Below, piece by piece: positions 1 to 11,799 of a DNA stretch of 36,261 nt; positions within the stretch are counted from its first letter, which is position 1; each line of letters starts with the position of its first letter. The DNA is from Dirinaria sp. TL-2023a. Taxonomy: Eukaryota. The stretch covers positions 1 to 36,261 of the forward strand of contig JAVEBF010000062.1 in NCBI GenBank assembly GCA_051941275.1, written 5' to 3'. The translations under genes and the position numbers were made by a program. The notes beneath the pieces are model-generated. The model made no database searches. It was not told where the DNA came from and worked only from the letters and a program-made list of their open reading frames with translations.

Positions 1-707
1 ATTCCTTCTTGTTCAATTCATACGAACAGAAACGCGCCGATTCGAGGTAGGAGCTTGCTTTGCGAAAGGTTTGGGAGTCCTTGAGGAAGATTCTGGAGAA
101 GCGAGATGTATAGAGTAGGCCACTGGAGCCCACAGTACAGACTCACGTGACAGCCAAGCCGGGCACGTGCTCTGTGGGAATGGCGCAGAATGATCGGAGC
201 GGCGTCACACTTCAATGATGAGGTAAGTAAGCGTTCTTCCCACCGCCGCTTGATAATCAGGTAGTATGGTTTCTTCCAGTACCACAGAACTTGAGAAATT
301 AAACTCTCCTCGATCCGTTAAGGCCTGCGTCCCAATCGGCCTTGAAAAACTGGGCAGCCTTTGACGCAACAATGAGCTCCGGAGCATCATAGCTTCCTGT
401 GGGGTTTTCTAGTCGACAACGTTGGTTGGATTCCTCCAATCGCGATTGTTAAGCTCTTGTCGATTTTGATTTCACCATAACCATCCACGTGGATCTTCAA
501 CTCGGGCTTGGGAACATCAATGCTCAAGCTCGTAGCATTTAGCACTCGACAACGTCGACAATCAGGTGCTTTGAAGCGCTTGTTGGCAGAGTCGTCCCAA
601 GAGGGATAACAGTCATCTCTAAAGGCAAATAGAAACAGTCGTCGACCCTGGACGAATGAATAATGCCACTCTCCTTATTGCCAAATCATTCGCTGTCGGA
701 TGGTGAT

Positions 708-800
708 GCGGTCTCTTTGCGGTCTCTTTGTGGTCTCTCCGTCGTCCTTCTACAGTTTCTTTGCAGTCGCTCCGCACTTTCTTTACAGTCTCTTTGCAGT
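708..800. repeat. Degenerate short tandem repeat (GCGGTCTCTTT / ACAGTYTCTTT-like units, ~11 bp)
   Basis: gcggtctcttt gcggtctcttt gtggtctct ... acagtttcttt gcagtc ... acagtctcttt gcagtt; explains the repetitive KETV peptide of ORF 619..927. Confidence 0.6.
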
Positions 801-2115
801 TCCTAGCACATGCGCCCTCGTAAGATCCGTCGGGAAGGAAAGAGGACAAAGAAAGATCTTCGCGCGCCGAGGATGTTGTTAAGGAGATTTCAACATGTTC
901 TTTGGTTTTGGCTCTGACCTTTTTCATTCTTTATCAGCACTCATCTCCAGGTGGTCTCGAAAGAAGTGCTTTTGAGGTGCGCTATAGGCGGCGTCAAGGC
1001 ATTACCAATTCTGCAGGATTTAGAAAGTGCGGAAAAGACAACTCAAAGTCAATTAAACCAGATCTTTAACGGGGGAAAACAGCATGAAAACTTGTATCAT
1101 ACTCTTCTCCTCTTCGAACCGATAGCAGAGATGAGTGGCCGGTATACTCACTCCCAAGAAAACGACTCATAAGCTTTTTTTTTTTTCTTCAAAGAAGCCG
1201 AACTCAAAGCTCGAACCTTGGAGTGCGCCATAAACCAGCGATGCGGCGCTTTCATGCGCAGGAACCTACCCGAAATCTTCTTATATCATGGATTCGTGCG
1301 AACGGAGGGGTTGGGACCTTGGGCTTTTTCAATCCTGAAATAGGGGTGCGTGGAGCAGCGGGGAACTTAAGCCAAGTTTGATTAGGGTATGTACCTTAGT
1401 AGCTTCCTTTACTCAATTCTGGTAGCGGTTGCAGTACATCTCGAGCGAGACGCCCATGCTCGCTTTGGAGCGTTTATAATTACAGTGCATGCCAAGTCCC
1501 CTTCACACAGCTGGGATGATTGGCTCATCAGCCGCTGTGCCACATTGCGGCATCGCCCCACGGCCACAACGAGGCTCAGAGTCAGGAAGTCCAGCCCTTC
1601 TGTCAGTCCTCAAAACATCTGATTTCTTTGGTTGTTGGTATTATTCAACGTGACGATACTGACTATGCACTTAATTAAGTCCTTCAGTACCTGTCAATCC
1701 TCACAAATATTTCGTATACAATGATCTTAGTTCAAGCACTGAATCGCGGCTTGGTCGAGAATTCGGTTCCGCCGGGAAGGCGAAATAGAATCCTTCCCGC
1801 GCTCCGCCCCGTTCTTTCGTTCTTGGCTCCCAACCACAGACACTGGAGAGCGGCAAACACTGCTGCATGGTTGGACAAGCGATGAGCTGAGTATGAACCC
1901 AGGCGCGTGAATGGTTCTCATCGAATCCAATCTAGCGACTCCTCATGCAGCCAACAAAGCTAGAGTATTAGTCAAGATGTAGGATTCGTCTCAGTCTGCA
2001 GCTGGGATGGCTATAATATCACAATTGATGCCGGCCACCTCATGTCTTAAAGTCTCGGTTCATTCTCTCCACCTTGTGCGAAAGCCAGTCCAGTCGCTTC
2101 GGTTGTAGCTCAATC

Positions 2116-5100
2116 ATGCTTTGCTTTCTTTGTCTTTTTAAAGTAATCGCTCTTTCTTGTTTTCTGGATGTCGTTCTTTTTGTATGCTATGGAGCTACTG
2201 CTTCCGGTAAGTCAAGGATTGTAACCGAGTCGGTCGGAATGCTGCCTGTGTGCTTGTGTATGAGAGAGATTTCCTTCACCGTCGCGATAATCTAGATGTT
2301 TGGTGGTCTGTCTTGGGCCAAATTGAATGGCTAATATTTTCAAATAGTGGGCGATGGCAGAAATATACCTGTCGATGCTGAAGATGCCCACGTCAATGCC
2401 CCGTACAGTGTCACGCACAACATGTATAGCTTCATGTATAGCTCTACATCCCAAACAGTTCGCACACCCACACAACAACCATATCTTAATTCGACAGGTA
2501 CCCCGTCAACGAGCAGAACGGTGCCGATTACCGTCGATGGAACACAATTTTCCGTGCCATCTTTAACCCATACAACGAGCAGTGACCTTTGCCAAGCGTG
2601 TGTCGTTCGTGTCTCGGCCGTCCAATTGTTCTACTTTCCTCCAATTACCACGCCTTCAGGGGTAGCCGCTTTCAGCACAGGCCCGCCTCAAATTCCTTCC
2701 ATCGCGATTTCGGATGGGTATACCTTGTAAGTCACCGAGTGTCAGTGTGCCGCCGAATCTAAGCCATTGGAAGTACATCTCCCTCGGTGTATGCCGTCTA
2801 CCGATCAGTTAGTGTAAATCCTATATGCAATCCAGGAATTACTATAGGTCCTGTCTCCTCGGCCATGTAAGTCTGCATGTCTGCATGTCTGCATACCGAT
2901 TTTCAAGTAAGCTTACAATGGATATTTTTTAGAACCATAGCATATAGTAAGTATCGTCATCCCCTTTTTATCCACCGTTTATACTCAGACATTCACTGTT
3001 TGCTGTTTGGGAAATTCAAATTCTAAATCCTAGACCTTTATTAGATCAGGCCGCAGTCTCAATCAATTACTGCGATGTAGACCACAACGCTCTGGGCCCG
3101 GAATTAGATTGGCACCCACTTAACATAACAGAGCTTGCCCATCCTTATCCCAACAGCGAGTTAAACTCGAGATTCGGGTGTAAGAACCTTGCGACAGATT
3201 ACCCGGGAACGAATATAATGGAGAACCCCCTCTACTCTCTACCAATGGCACTTAACGCTCAAAATCCGGCATGGAAAACCTGTGACGTGGATGTGGTTGC
3301 CACAGACCCTCCAAGAACTTTGACGAGGGTTGCTCGTATGGGTCCGCCTACTACACTTCCAGCATCACCATCACCAATCAAGCCAGCCGCCAGAATTAGC
3401 CCACAACCAGCTCCGACGAGCAGGCCAGCCGTTGATCCATCACTAGAAACTGATCCACCCCAGCAGTATAAGCCAGCCGATCCTGGTTCCAAGCCGACTT
3501 CATCCTTGAATAGTGCTCCTGCCAGCCCAGGCGGGTCCCCAGATCCAAAGTCTGCAGATCCTTCCGCAACTCCAATAGCCTCTGGGGCGGATGCTTTGGA
3601 CCCTCTCAACATGCTACCGTCATCCAAAGCTGACCCAGACCCAAGCACGAAAGCTTCAGCGCAGAAGGGTTCGAGTCAGGCTAAGACTGGACCTGGCGAT
3701 AGAGATCAGGATTCAAACGGTCCTAATCCTCACACTAACCATCACGATCAGCCATCGACTAAATCATCTAGCTCGGGCCAAAGCGGAGCAGATGAGGACC
3801 CAGACACTCCCCATCGCGATCCCAGTCCTCATGATCAGCAGCCTTCTCATTCCACTACCTCACGTCACAGACCAGCTGCTTCTGCCGATTCCGACTCACC
3901 CAACCAACCACCTCCTGGCTCAAACCAAGAAAATGGTGGACAGATTTCAACAAAGTCGTCAGGTTCAGAAACAACGGATCCAACGGATCCGATTCTATCC
4001 AATGAAGCGCATGGACAAGGGACTCAATTGCCAAAGCAAAACGCCCATCCTCAACCTACGACTCCTGTTGTCATTGGAGAGCAAACATTCTCCCCAGGCC
4101 CCATTCCTATCACCGTTGCTGGTGCAACCCATTCTATTGCCGCGTCTGCTGGAAACATAATTGTCAACGGCCATACGTTGTCCCAGCCTGTCCAACTACA
4201 GCCATTACCTGTACGGCCTCCCTCCGTCCTCTCCATTGGCTCCCAACGCATTCCATTCAGTACAAATTCTGCTTCCGAATTAGTTGTCAACTCTCAGACG
4301 CTTCACGTAAATTCCCACATTATTATCGCTTCCCAGACCATCGCTCTGAACCCATCAGCAACTGATAACCAAATCCTTGTCAATGGCAAGCCTACGTCTC
4401 TAATCGCCCTCACGACGTCTCCACCCACGGCAGGCAACAAATATCCGCCACTGGCCGTCGCAGGCCAAACCCTAACACATGATAGCGCAGGTGGTCTGAT
4501 GATCGGTTCGCATCAACTCGTTCCCGGTGGTCATGCAGTCACAATTTCAGGCACGTCCATTTCCATTGCTCCAGCCTCGCAAATAATGATTGACGGGAGC
4601 ACAATTGCACTGTCGGATCCAGCGTCGACCGCTCTTCCCAAGATCGTCGTAGGCGGTCATCAGATAACCCAGAACGAGGCAGGTGATTTTGTGATAGCTT
4701 CGAGCACTTTGCAGCCCGGTGGCACTGCCATCATCGTCTCTCATACACCCATCAGCCTTGCACCATCGGCGACGCAGCTTATAGTAGGTAGCTCAACCAT
4801 TCAACTCTCAGGACCTACCCAAAATCCAACTTCGGCAATAACTTTTAACGGACAAACAATTACAGCAAACAGTTTATCCGAGTATGTTATCGCAGGTCAG
4901 ACCCTCAAGCCTGGCGGCGCCATCACGGTCTCTGGGACCCCCTTGAGCCTCGGTTCTGCTGCATCGCAAATGGTGATTGGATCAAGCACAATCGATCTTT
5001 CTCTGCCGGGTATTTCCAACGAAGCTCTCCGGGTCGGTGGCACTACAGTGGCGTACTCCGTCAACGCTGCTTCTGACGTGGTTGTTGCCGGCTCAAGAAC

Positions 5101-5407
5101 CCTCAGCCCAGGTGGAGCAGCCATCACGATCTCAGGCACGGTTGTGTCTGAGCTCAGGGGCAGTGGAAGCGCGAAGCCAGAGATAGTAGTTGGGGAAGGG
5201 GCTGACCGAACAACCGAGGCCTTGGGAAATGTCATTATGAACGGCTTCGCTCCTGCTACGAGCATTCCGGGCTTAGTAGATAAGCCTGGTGGTAGCAATT
5301 CGACGACAGGTGTGGAGAGTTTCACAGGTGATGCTCCAGGAAATCGGATTGGGAGCTGCACCCTATTTTCACTGTTGATTCTTCACGTCGTATATATGTT
5401 TGTGTAG
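2116..5407 (+). CDS. Secreted, probably GPI-anchored cell-wall/adhesin-like protein with Pro/Ser-rich linker and ~55-60 aa beta-rich repeats (5 exons)
   Basis: Exons 2116-2206, 2348-2726, 2774-2866, 2933-2946, 3045-5407 join in frame over GTAAGT...AG introns. Hydrophobic N-terminus (MLCFLCLFKVIALSCFLDVVLFVCYGATAS); DGYTFTSPSVYAVY formed across a splice; repeats of type QTL.PGG.AITISGT.ISLAP; C-terminus FTGDAPG...LFSLLILHVVYMFV typical of a GPI signal. Confidence 0.8.
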
Positions 5408-6031
5408 TTGAATGTTACATGGCTGGAGTTAGGCAATGGTCATAGACAAAAGCAAAGAATTCGTTTGGACAACGTGCATCTTCTGCCTTGATGGCATTGG
5501 CACTTTTGGTGTGTCCGAAGCTATTCGATTTTGATAAATCGTACTACAGATATGCCAAAAGCATGCATCAAGTAGAACTTTGAGGTGGCAGCCCTACCCT
5601 ACAACCCTAAAGCACTAGAGGAGCGAGAGGAGAAGATAATGCCAAGCTTTCTTGAAACGTTGCACCAATCGGAAAGATCAGATGACATAAGGTGCCGAGG
5701 TGTACGGTGAAGTAAGTGTCGTTAAAGTACTCTTGATGTAAGTCTTTTCTGTGCCACCAGACCTTTTGAGGTGCAACTAAAAGTACTTGTAACTACTACA
5801 GTAATAGTATTCACCCTCACACCCACCAAATTTACTCCAAGTACCTGATTTTCATCCAGCTCTTTCCAAATCCTTCCTATCCACATTTCTTCCACGACTC
5901 CATCATCACTTCCATGGTCACACAAGAGCGCCAACCACCCTCTCCAAGGCCTTATCGCTTCGTCTGAAACATGTTTTGGCGACTCGCCTATTTAGTGAGA
6001 TGATGATCTAGTCCTCCCCTCCACACCTGCT

Positions 6032-7537
6032 ATGGCCATCAACCCCCTGCCCTCCGTGACTGACATGCACCGTCTCGACCGCCCTGCTGAAGACCCCACG
6101 GCCCAGCATGCCGAGTCAAAAGACAATGATATATACAGGATGATAGTTCTCCGATTCGAGAACGGTCTCACTGAGGAAGATGTCGACCAGCGATTTCTTC
6201 AGATGGCCCTCGACCTGGGGATCAACGTACCTCAAGATCCCAAAACCACCCTCGATATTGTTACCAAAAACGTGTCTGCTCTATCCTTGACTTCGGCTCC
6301 TTCCGACAGCCAGCCGCCGCCATCACGCAACTCCCATTCGACTCATCCTCCATCAGACACTTCGAGTGAACAGAGGCCAACAAAGACGTCCTCACTGGCC
6401 ACCGCCTCCATCACATCCGCAGCCTCCTCTCTCTATTCTTCCTCCTCAAGCAGGTCGTCATACACGAAGATCAAAAGAGGCCTCAGGCGTATCTCAGCTA
6501 TCAGGAGGCGGAAGACGATTGATTCACCAATCCCAGCTCTACCCTTCGCTGTTCATACCATGCAAGCTATCAGGCCTTCGCCGCCTGTACGGCCTGCTGC
6601 TCAAGATCGTGCACTGAGTCATGAGCTCCCCCCCAGGTATATACCTCCAAACCCTGCCGCTCCTCGGGTGCCCGACCCGCCGCCCCGGATCCATCCTGTA
6701 GCGCATACTTTATCCGAAGACCAGTACTTGGAGAATCTTAATGCTCGTCATAGGAGCATCAACTCTGCGCAGCTTAAAAGATTGAGAACATCACAAATCG
6801 AAGAGCAGAACCGCTTCGTAAGTTTTGAAAACGATCAGTACCGGCTGCTGCATTTCAAGCACGATGAAAGGAAGCGAGCTTTGCTGGACCGTTTTACAGA
6901 GCAGGAGAAGTCAATGCAGGATCGGCATACCGAAGCCTTGGTATCCTTGGAGCATCGCCACCTCTCCGCAGAAGTCGATCTGATCAAAACCTTGGAAATG
7001 GAACGCCAAGGATGTGAGACCCGGTTGAAACACATGCAAGCTTACTGCGATCCAAGGTCGAATGTACAGGGAATGCCCAGCCGAGTAGTTACGAAAAAAG
7101 ACTATCGTCAATTGGAGCAGCAGTATCATATCCGCAACGGTATGGATAACCTCCACAAAGCGCGGATCAACGTCCTCAGAGAAAAGCAAGGCAAGCAGCT
7201 TGAGCGTGTCAGCGCGAAACAAGAAGCAGAGCTTGAAGGCCTTGCGGACGATTACCGGAAGCAGATGGTGGATCTGGATGCATCGTTCGTCGCAGAAGAT
7301 AACCAAGTCCAACGCGAATTTGCAGCTCGGAAGAAGCGCCTCCTCAGTCGGTGGGCCCTTGCAGAAGCGATTGAGCGTAGAAAACTCGAAAATAGCAATG
7401 GCGAGACTTACGGGGCTCTGCCTGAGATACACTGGCCAGACAGACGGGAGGACGAAGAACAGGTCAGCCAAGAGGACGATAGCCTTGCGCGTGACGCCGC
7501 CATAGCCCAGGATGCTGCAACCATGAATATGTTATAG
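6032..7537 (+). CDS. Fungal hypothetical protein (501 aa), Ser/Pro-rich middle and long C-terminal coiled-coil region
   Basis: Single uninterrupted ORF with ATG after a pyrimidine-rich leader. The C-terminal half (HLSAEVDL..LEMERQGCETRLKHMQAYC..LEQQYHIRNGMDNLHKARINVLREKQ) is heptad-rich. Confidence 0.8.
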   Translation: MAINPLPSVTDMHRLDRPAEDPTAQHAESKDNDIYRMIVLRFENGLTEEDVDQRFLQMALDLGINVPQDPKTTLDIVTKNVSALSLTSAPSDSQPPPSRNSHSTHPPSDTSSEQRPTKTSSLATASITSAASSLYSSSSSRSSYTKIKRGLRRISAIRRRKTIDSPIPALPFAVHTMQAIRPSPPVRPAAQDRALSHELPPRYIPPNPAAPRVPDPPPRIHPVAHTLSEDQYLENLNARHRSINSAQLKRLRTSQIEEQNRFVSFENDQYRLLHFKHDERKRALLDRFTEQEKSMQDRHTEALVSLEHRHLSAEVDLIKTLEMERQGCETRLKHMQAYCDPRSNVQGMPSRVVTKKDYRQLEQQYHIRNGMDNLHKARINVLREKQGKQLERVSAKQEAELEGLADDYRKQMVDLDASFVAEDNQVQREFAARKKRLLSRWALAEAIERRKLENSNGETYGALPEIHWPDRREDEEQVSQEDDSLARDAAIAQDAATMNML

Positions 7538-8353
7538 ATGATTTACGACCTTATCGAGCGAGCATATAGGGGGTTTCATACTTGCATAGCTTTTACTGAG
7601 CTTAGAGCGTGGTGTCGGGGTTTGCTGCTTAACGATACCACCAAGCGTGCTATGCATTAGTAGCTTCTTGCACGTAACATGTGGCATTGGCTTTAGTTAG
7701 GTCCGTCCAAGCGTGAGTGCTTACATGGGTGTTCAGCTTTAGCTATGTTACATTGCCATAGCAGAATAATGCTACAGAAGCGATACCTGGTCCTCCCATG
7801 CGTAAGCATTCGAGTCTCTCATTATTGTAAGCCTTGAATTTGCAAGCATGCCGTCATGGGCATTGCTATCTCATCTGCTTCATCTGCCTTAAGAACGCTT
7901 TCAACCTGCCAGGAGACAGTCATAGTCTTTCGCCTTTGCTACGTTCGCTCATGATTCCTTACAATCTCAGCGCTTGATCATCAGTCCATCATATGTAAAT
8001 TTGGCGCTAAAAGGTGACGCGTGAATCAACTTCACTTTGACGTGTTTGGTCTTGTCTCCTCACTTTCAATCAACTCACACCTCCTAATCCCTTATATTCT
8101 GGCGATGTCACTCTCAAGGTTTGTACGATCTGTTCTGCCGAGCTTAGAATCAGACACTACCGCGCTTCTTGATATGTAGCAGGGTGTTACACGCTTTCAC
8201 GAGGTTTACCTGTCTCCTCACCTCGGATATACACAAGTCCCCCAACCTCTATCTTCTGATAAGACCAATCTCGAAATCAATTGAATCTGCCTTGTGGAGC
8301 TTACAAGTCAGATGCTGCAAGGCTTCGCTCTGAAAACGGAGTAATTTGCAAGT

Positions 8354-10649
8354 ATGATGCACCAGAACGGGCTATCAGTCCGCATCCGGGATGGAACGAA
8401 CGGGCTGCTGATGCCCGAGTACGACACTGAGCCCGGCAGGAACAAAGTAGCTATTGAAGCTATTAATGGGGCTTCAATATGTCCTGAGATCATAGTCCAC
8501 GAGGATTTCGAGTGGAATGGAGCTAATGGACTATATGTTACGGTCCGTTACGGTACTCCAACAATCCAGACCATGTTGTGGGCACCCCACCCTTACAAGG
8601 GAAGGGCCACACAAGACCGAAAAGACTGGACGATCCAGATACCAGGAACGCAGTCATGGGATTCTCAGAAGGGTCAGGTTGTCGACCTACAATACTGTTT
8701 CTCGAATGAGCAGGTAAGAAGCTGGCCTCGTGGTCTAGTCGATGCAAGACTCACTACCATAGGCTTGGGACTGTAATCAGGAATCTAAGAATTGTCTGCA
8801 TTTACGACCTGGTAATATAAACTACGTGGGCTCTATTTGGGTGAGTATCAGACGTAGGAGGCTCTCGGACCAGATACAAGAAGAAGACATCCAGCAAAAG
8901 CGTCCGTGGTATTCGCAGACATTTACCGGCATTTGCCGGCATTTTTTCGCCTGCTATCCGGATCGTAATTGCGGGTTGTCTATCTGGTAAGGCATTTCTA
9001 GTTTCTACTTGTGTTCGATGATCTTTTGACCTCAGGAGTAGTCAGAAGAAAACACGGAAAAAGCTCTCCTTTGAGGGCATGATCATCAATCCGAACCCGG
9101 ACGTCCTGGAACGACTGGATGCTCCAGAGGGCAACAACATGAACTTTTTGTTCGTTTACCGCAGAGCTGGTAAGTTCTGGCTACGCTTATCTCAACAAAC
9201 CTATAAATTGACAATCATATTGTAGTTGAATTGCAGAAGGTCACAAGTGAGTCCTCAAGGTCTCGACTTCGGAGACTGTATGCGCATGTTGTCCAATCTT
9301 CACCACCGCCAAAAAGTGGGCAAACAACACCAAAGCTCTCAGAGGTGTCTGGAGCTATGAAACGCTCTCGTGGGAGCTCCCCCACGACGAATGCCCAGCA
9401 TTTGAATTCCAGTGCTGCAAGTCTAGGGAGCGAATCATCTGATAGTGAGGATATCCCGCTCCGGGCCCGGAAAAGGATGGTGGGCACTCAAACAGAAGCT
9501 CAGACCCATGGCTCCCAAGTGGTTCTCAAAAACTCACGTCGCAACGAACAGCTCAACAGTCCAGCAGATAGGAACAACGACGTTGCACAAGATCCTCGAG
9601 CAAAGCTAGGCTTAATGCAACAAGTCAGTCTACCGCCTAATGTAGCTACGCCATTCGAAAGCTCTCGCTTTGCTCTCGAGCAACGGGCCTCTTCGCAGAT
9701 GCCGCGCACCACACCACGAAAGTCACCCCTGTCACAAGAACCATCGTCCGTCCCAACTCAAGATGATGGCAGATCGCAAGACATTATAAATCCTACAGCT
9801 CCTCGTCATCACCAAATCCCAACCCCCAAACCTAACATTGAACAGGGTCCTTGTAACAAGCTAATCCCCAATAATGAAACTTCAGCAGCGGAACCAATGG
9901 ACAGCACTGGGTCAGAAGACTCGTGGCGTACCGATTACGAAGGCCTATGGAAAGTGAGCAGATCTGAATGATCCCCAGCAACAATTCATAGCAAAAGTAG
10001 CTAAAGCCTTGAATAATATAGATCCCATGCATTCAACCGCCACGAAATCCATCCGGAAAGGCACCCCACGCACACCCACACCAGACGCCTGCAAACCAGC
10101 ACAATACCCCAGTTGGCGCAGTGGCAGAAGTGAGTCATTCCAAGCCATTCATTCCAGCACTGGACCCCAAGAAATATACACAGAAAAAAAAAGGCTAACG
10201 CACAAATCGCTCTACATAGATACCAGATGGAGTCAAAATGCTCTATCCTCCACTCAGAAACGAGCCTCTCAACCCAGCCTCCCTGACGGCTACAACTACA
10301 AACGCGACCCAGAACCCAGAGTTTCATCGCCAGTCTCCCACAGAAGACCCTGCTGCAAGCGAGTGGGAAACGCGGATACATGCCCTCAAGGTAATTTATC
10401 TCTCTCCTCTCCCTCTCTCTAAATTTCCCTCTCCTCTACCCTTCTCACGACGAAAAAACCTCAACAGAATATTTAACAATGTGTTTGCAGCAAGAGCGGG
10501 ATCGACTAAGACAGCAGATCGAGCAGAAATTGATTGTATGTGTTACTTAAACCCTGCGGCCTTCCTTTTTGTCTCTGGGAGGACAGGACAAGCGAGCTGA
10601 TATATATGTTTCTTAGAACGATATCGAAGCTCTCCGAAGCCAGCTTTGA
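8354..10649 (+). CDS. Hypothetical protein: N-terminal beta-rich globular domain, long disordered middle, short C-terminal coiled coil (about 8 exons)
   Basis: Exon 1 8354-8713 (IEAINGASICPEIIVHEDFEW); exon from 8763 (VGSIWVSIRR); exon ending NFLFVYRRA; exon containing ORF 9231 up to 9953; exon from 10022; three small terminal exons giving WETRIHALK|QERDRLRQQIEQKLI|NDIEALRSQL* (TGA 10647-10649). All introns are GT..AG with branch-like motifs and keep frame. Confidence 0.7.
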
Positions 10650-11223
10650 AACTTCCACGATGTAAACCCTGTTCTCTCATTCTTCTTGCTCTTTTTTCCC
10701 CACTCCGTGGTCTGCACTTTTTCCTTCCTTTTCGCTAACAGCAATCACTCAAATCAATCCAATCCATGCGACCCTAAAGTCAAAATCCATGTCCAAGGGA
10801 TACAATGTCCTCGATGAGATAGATCTGCTCGTATGGACCAAGGACGGGGAAAAGTCCTGCGGGGGTGTCTCATTACATGCATGATAGATTATTAATCAAA
10901 GCCTCCTGCTCAATCACGCTACATATAAGCAGCGAGAGACTCATCCATAGAAAGAGTACGTAGAATTCATGAAGCTCTGATTCCCCCAGCTCTCTCCCTC
11001 CCTCTCTCCCTCTCTCTGTTCCAGTACCCATAACATAAATTATCTACGTACCTCAAAGCCCTCAACCAAAGCCCCTTCTCCTCCCACCCTATATATCTCA
11101 AGAACTACAGAATCAGGATCCATCTCTACCTCTGAACCAATCCACCAAGTCCAAACGCCACCAAAAAGAGTCATCACTCTGCTCCTCACTCACGTTGCCA
11201 TACCCATCCCAGTGCAGCCCTGA

Positions 11224-11271
11224 TACTCGTACCTTATAAAACACTGCTACTCGTACCTTATAAAACACTGC
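11224..11271. repeat. Perfect 24-bp tandem duplication
   Basis: TACTCGTACCTTATAAAACACTGC x2. Confidence 0.9.
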
Positions 11272-11610
11272 GAACCCAAATCGCCATGGATAGGAATACC
11301 CCTGCCCCTTTCCGGTTTCAAAAACCCCTAATTTGAGTCTGGGTATTTTATTATACAAGCATAGCTCGTGCTGTCTCTCAAAGACAGTTACGAGGATATA
11401 TCTACCTTGACCTACCTGAATCATACGTCAAAAAAAAGAAAACAAAGCCCCCAGCCTAATAAAAAGTGCCAGTCTCGATCCAGGCCATGTAGTCTTATCA
11501 TACATATACGTAAAGACTAAGCCAAAGAAAAATAGAACTCGATAGAACTCGTCTCATCTCGCCCGCTCGCCTGGGAGAAAGAAAAGCTCCTCCCCTTCCA
11601 TCCCCCTTTT

Positions 11611-11666
11611 AATAATAATAAAAATAAAAAAAAAAACAAAACAAAACAAAACAAAACAGAAAAAAA
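11611..11666. repeat. Poly-A / (AAAAC)n simple repeat
   Basis: aataataataaaaataaaaaaaaaaacaaaacaaaacaaaacaaaacagaaaaaa. Confidence 0.85.
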
Positions 11667-11799
11667 TGTTAGCTAGCCAAAATCTAGAGCTTATTCTGCA
11701 GCAGGGTATTAGATTTTAATCCAGGATGGTAATTCCTAGTATTCAGAATACGAATTGGATTTCTGGTTTACGAGCACGACGGGGAAGATTTGATGGGTG

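Noticed and set aside
619..1172. ORFs 619..927, 700..882 and 951..1172 as genes
   Set aside because: Short, mostly non-ATG starts, and the first two derive from a degenerate tandem repeat.
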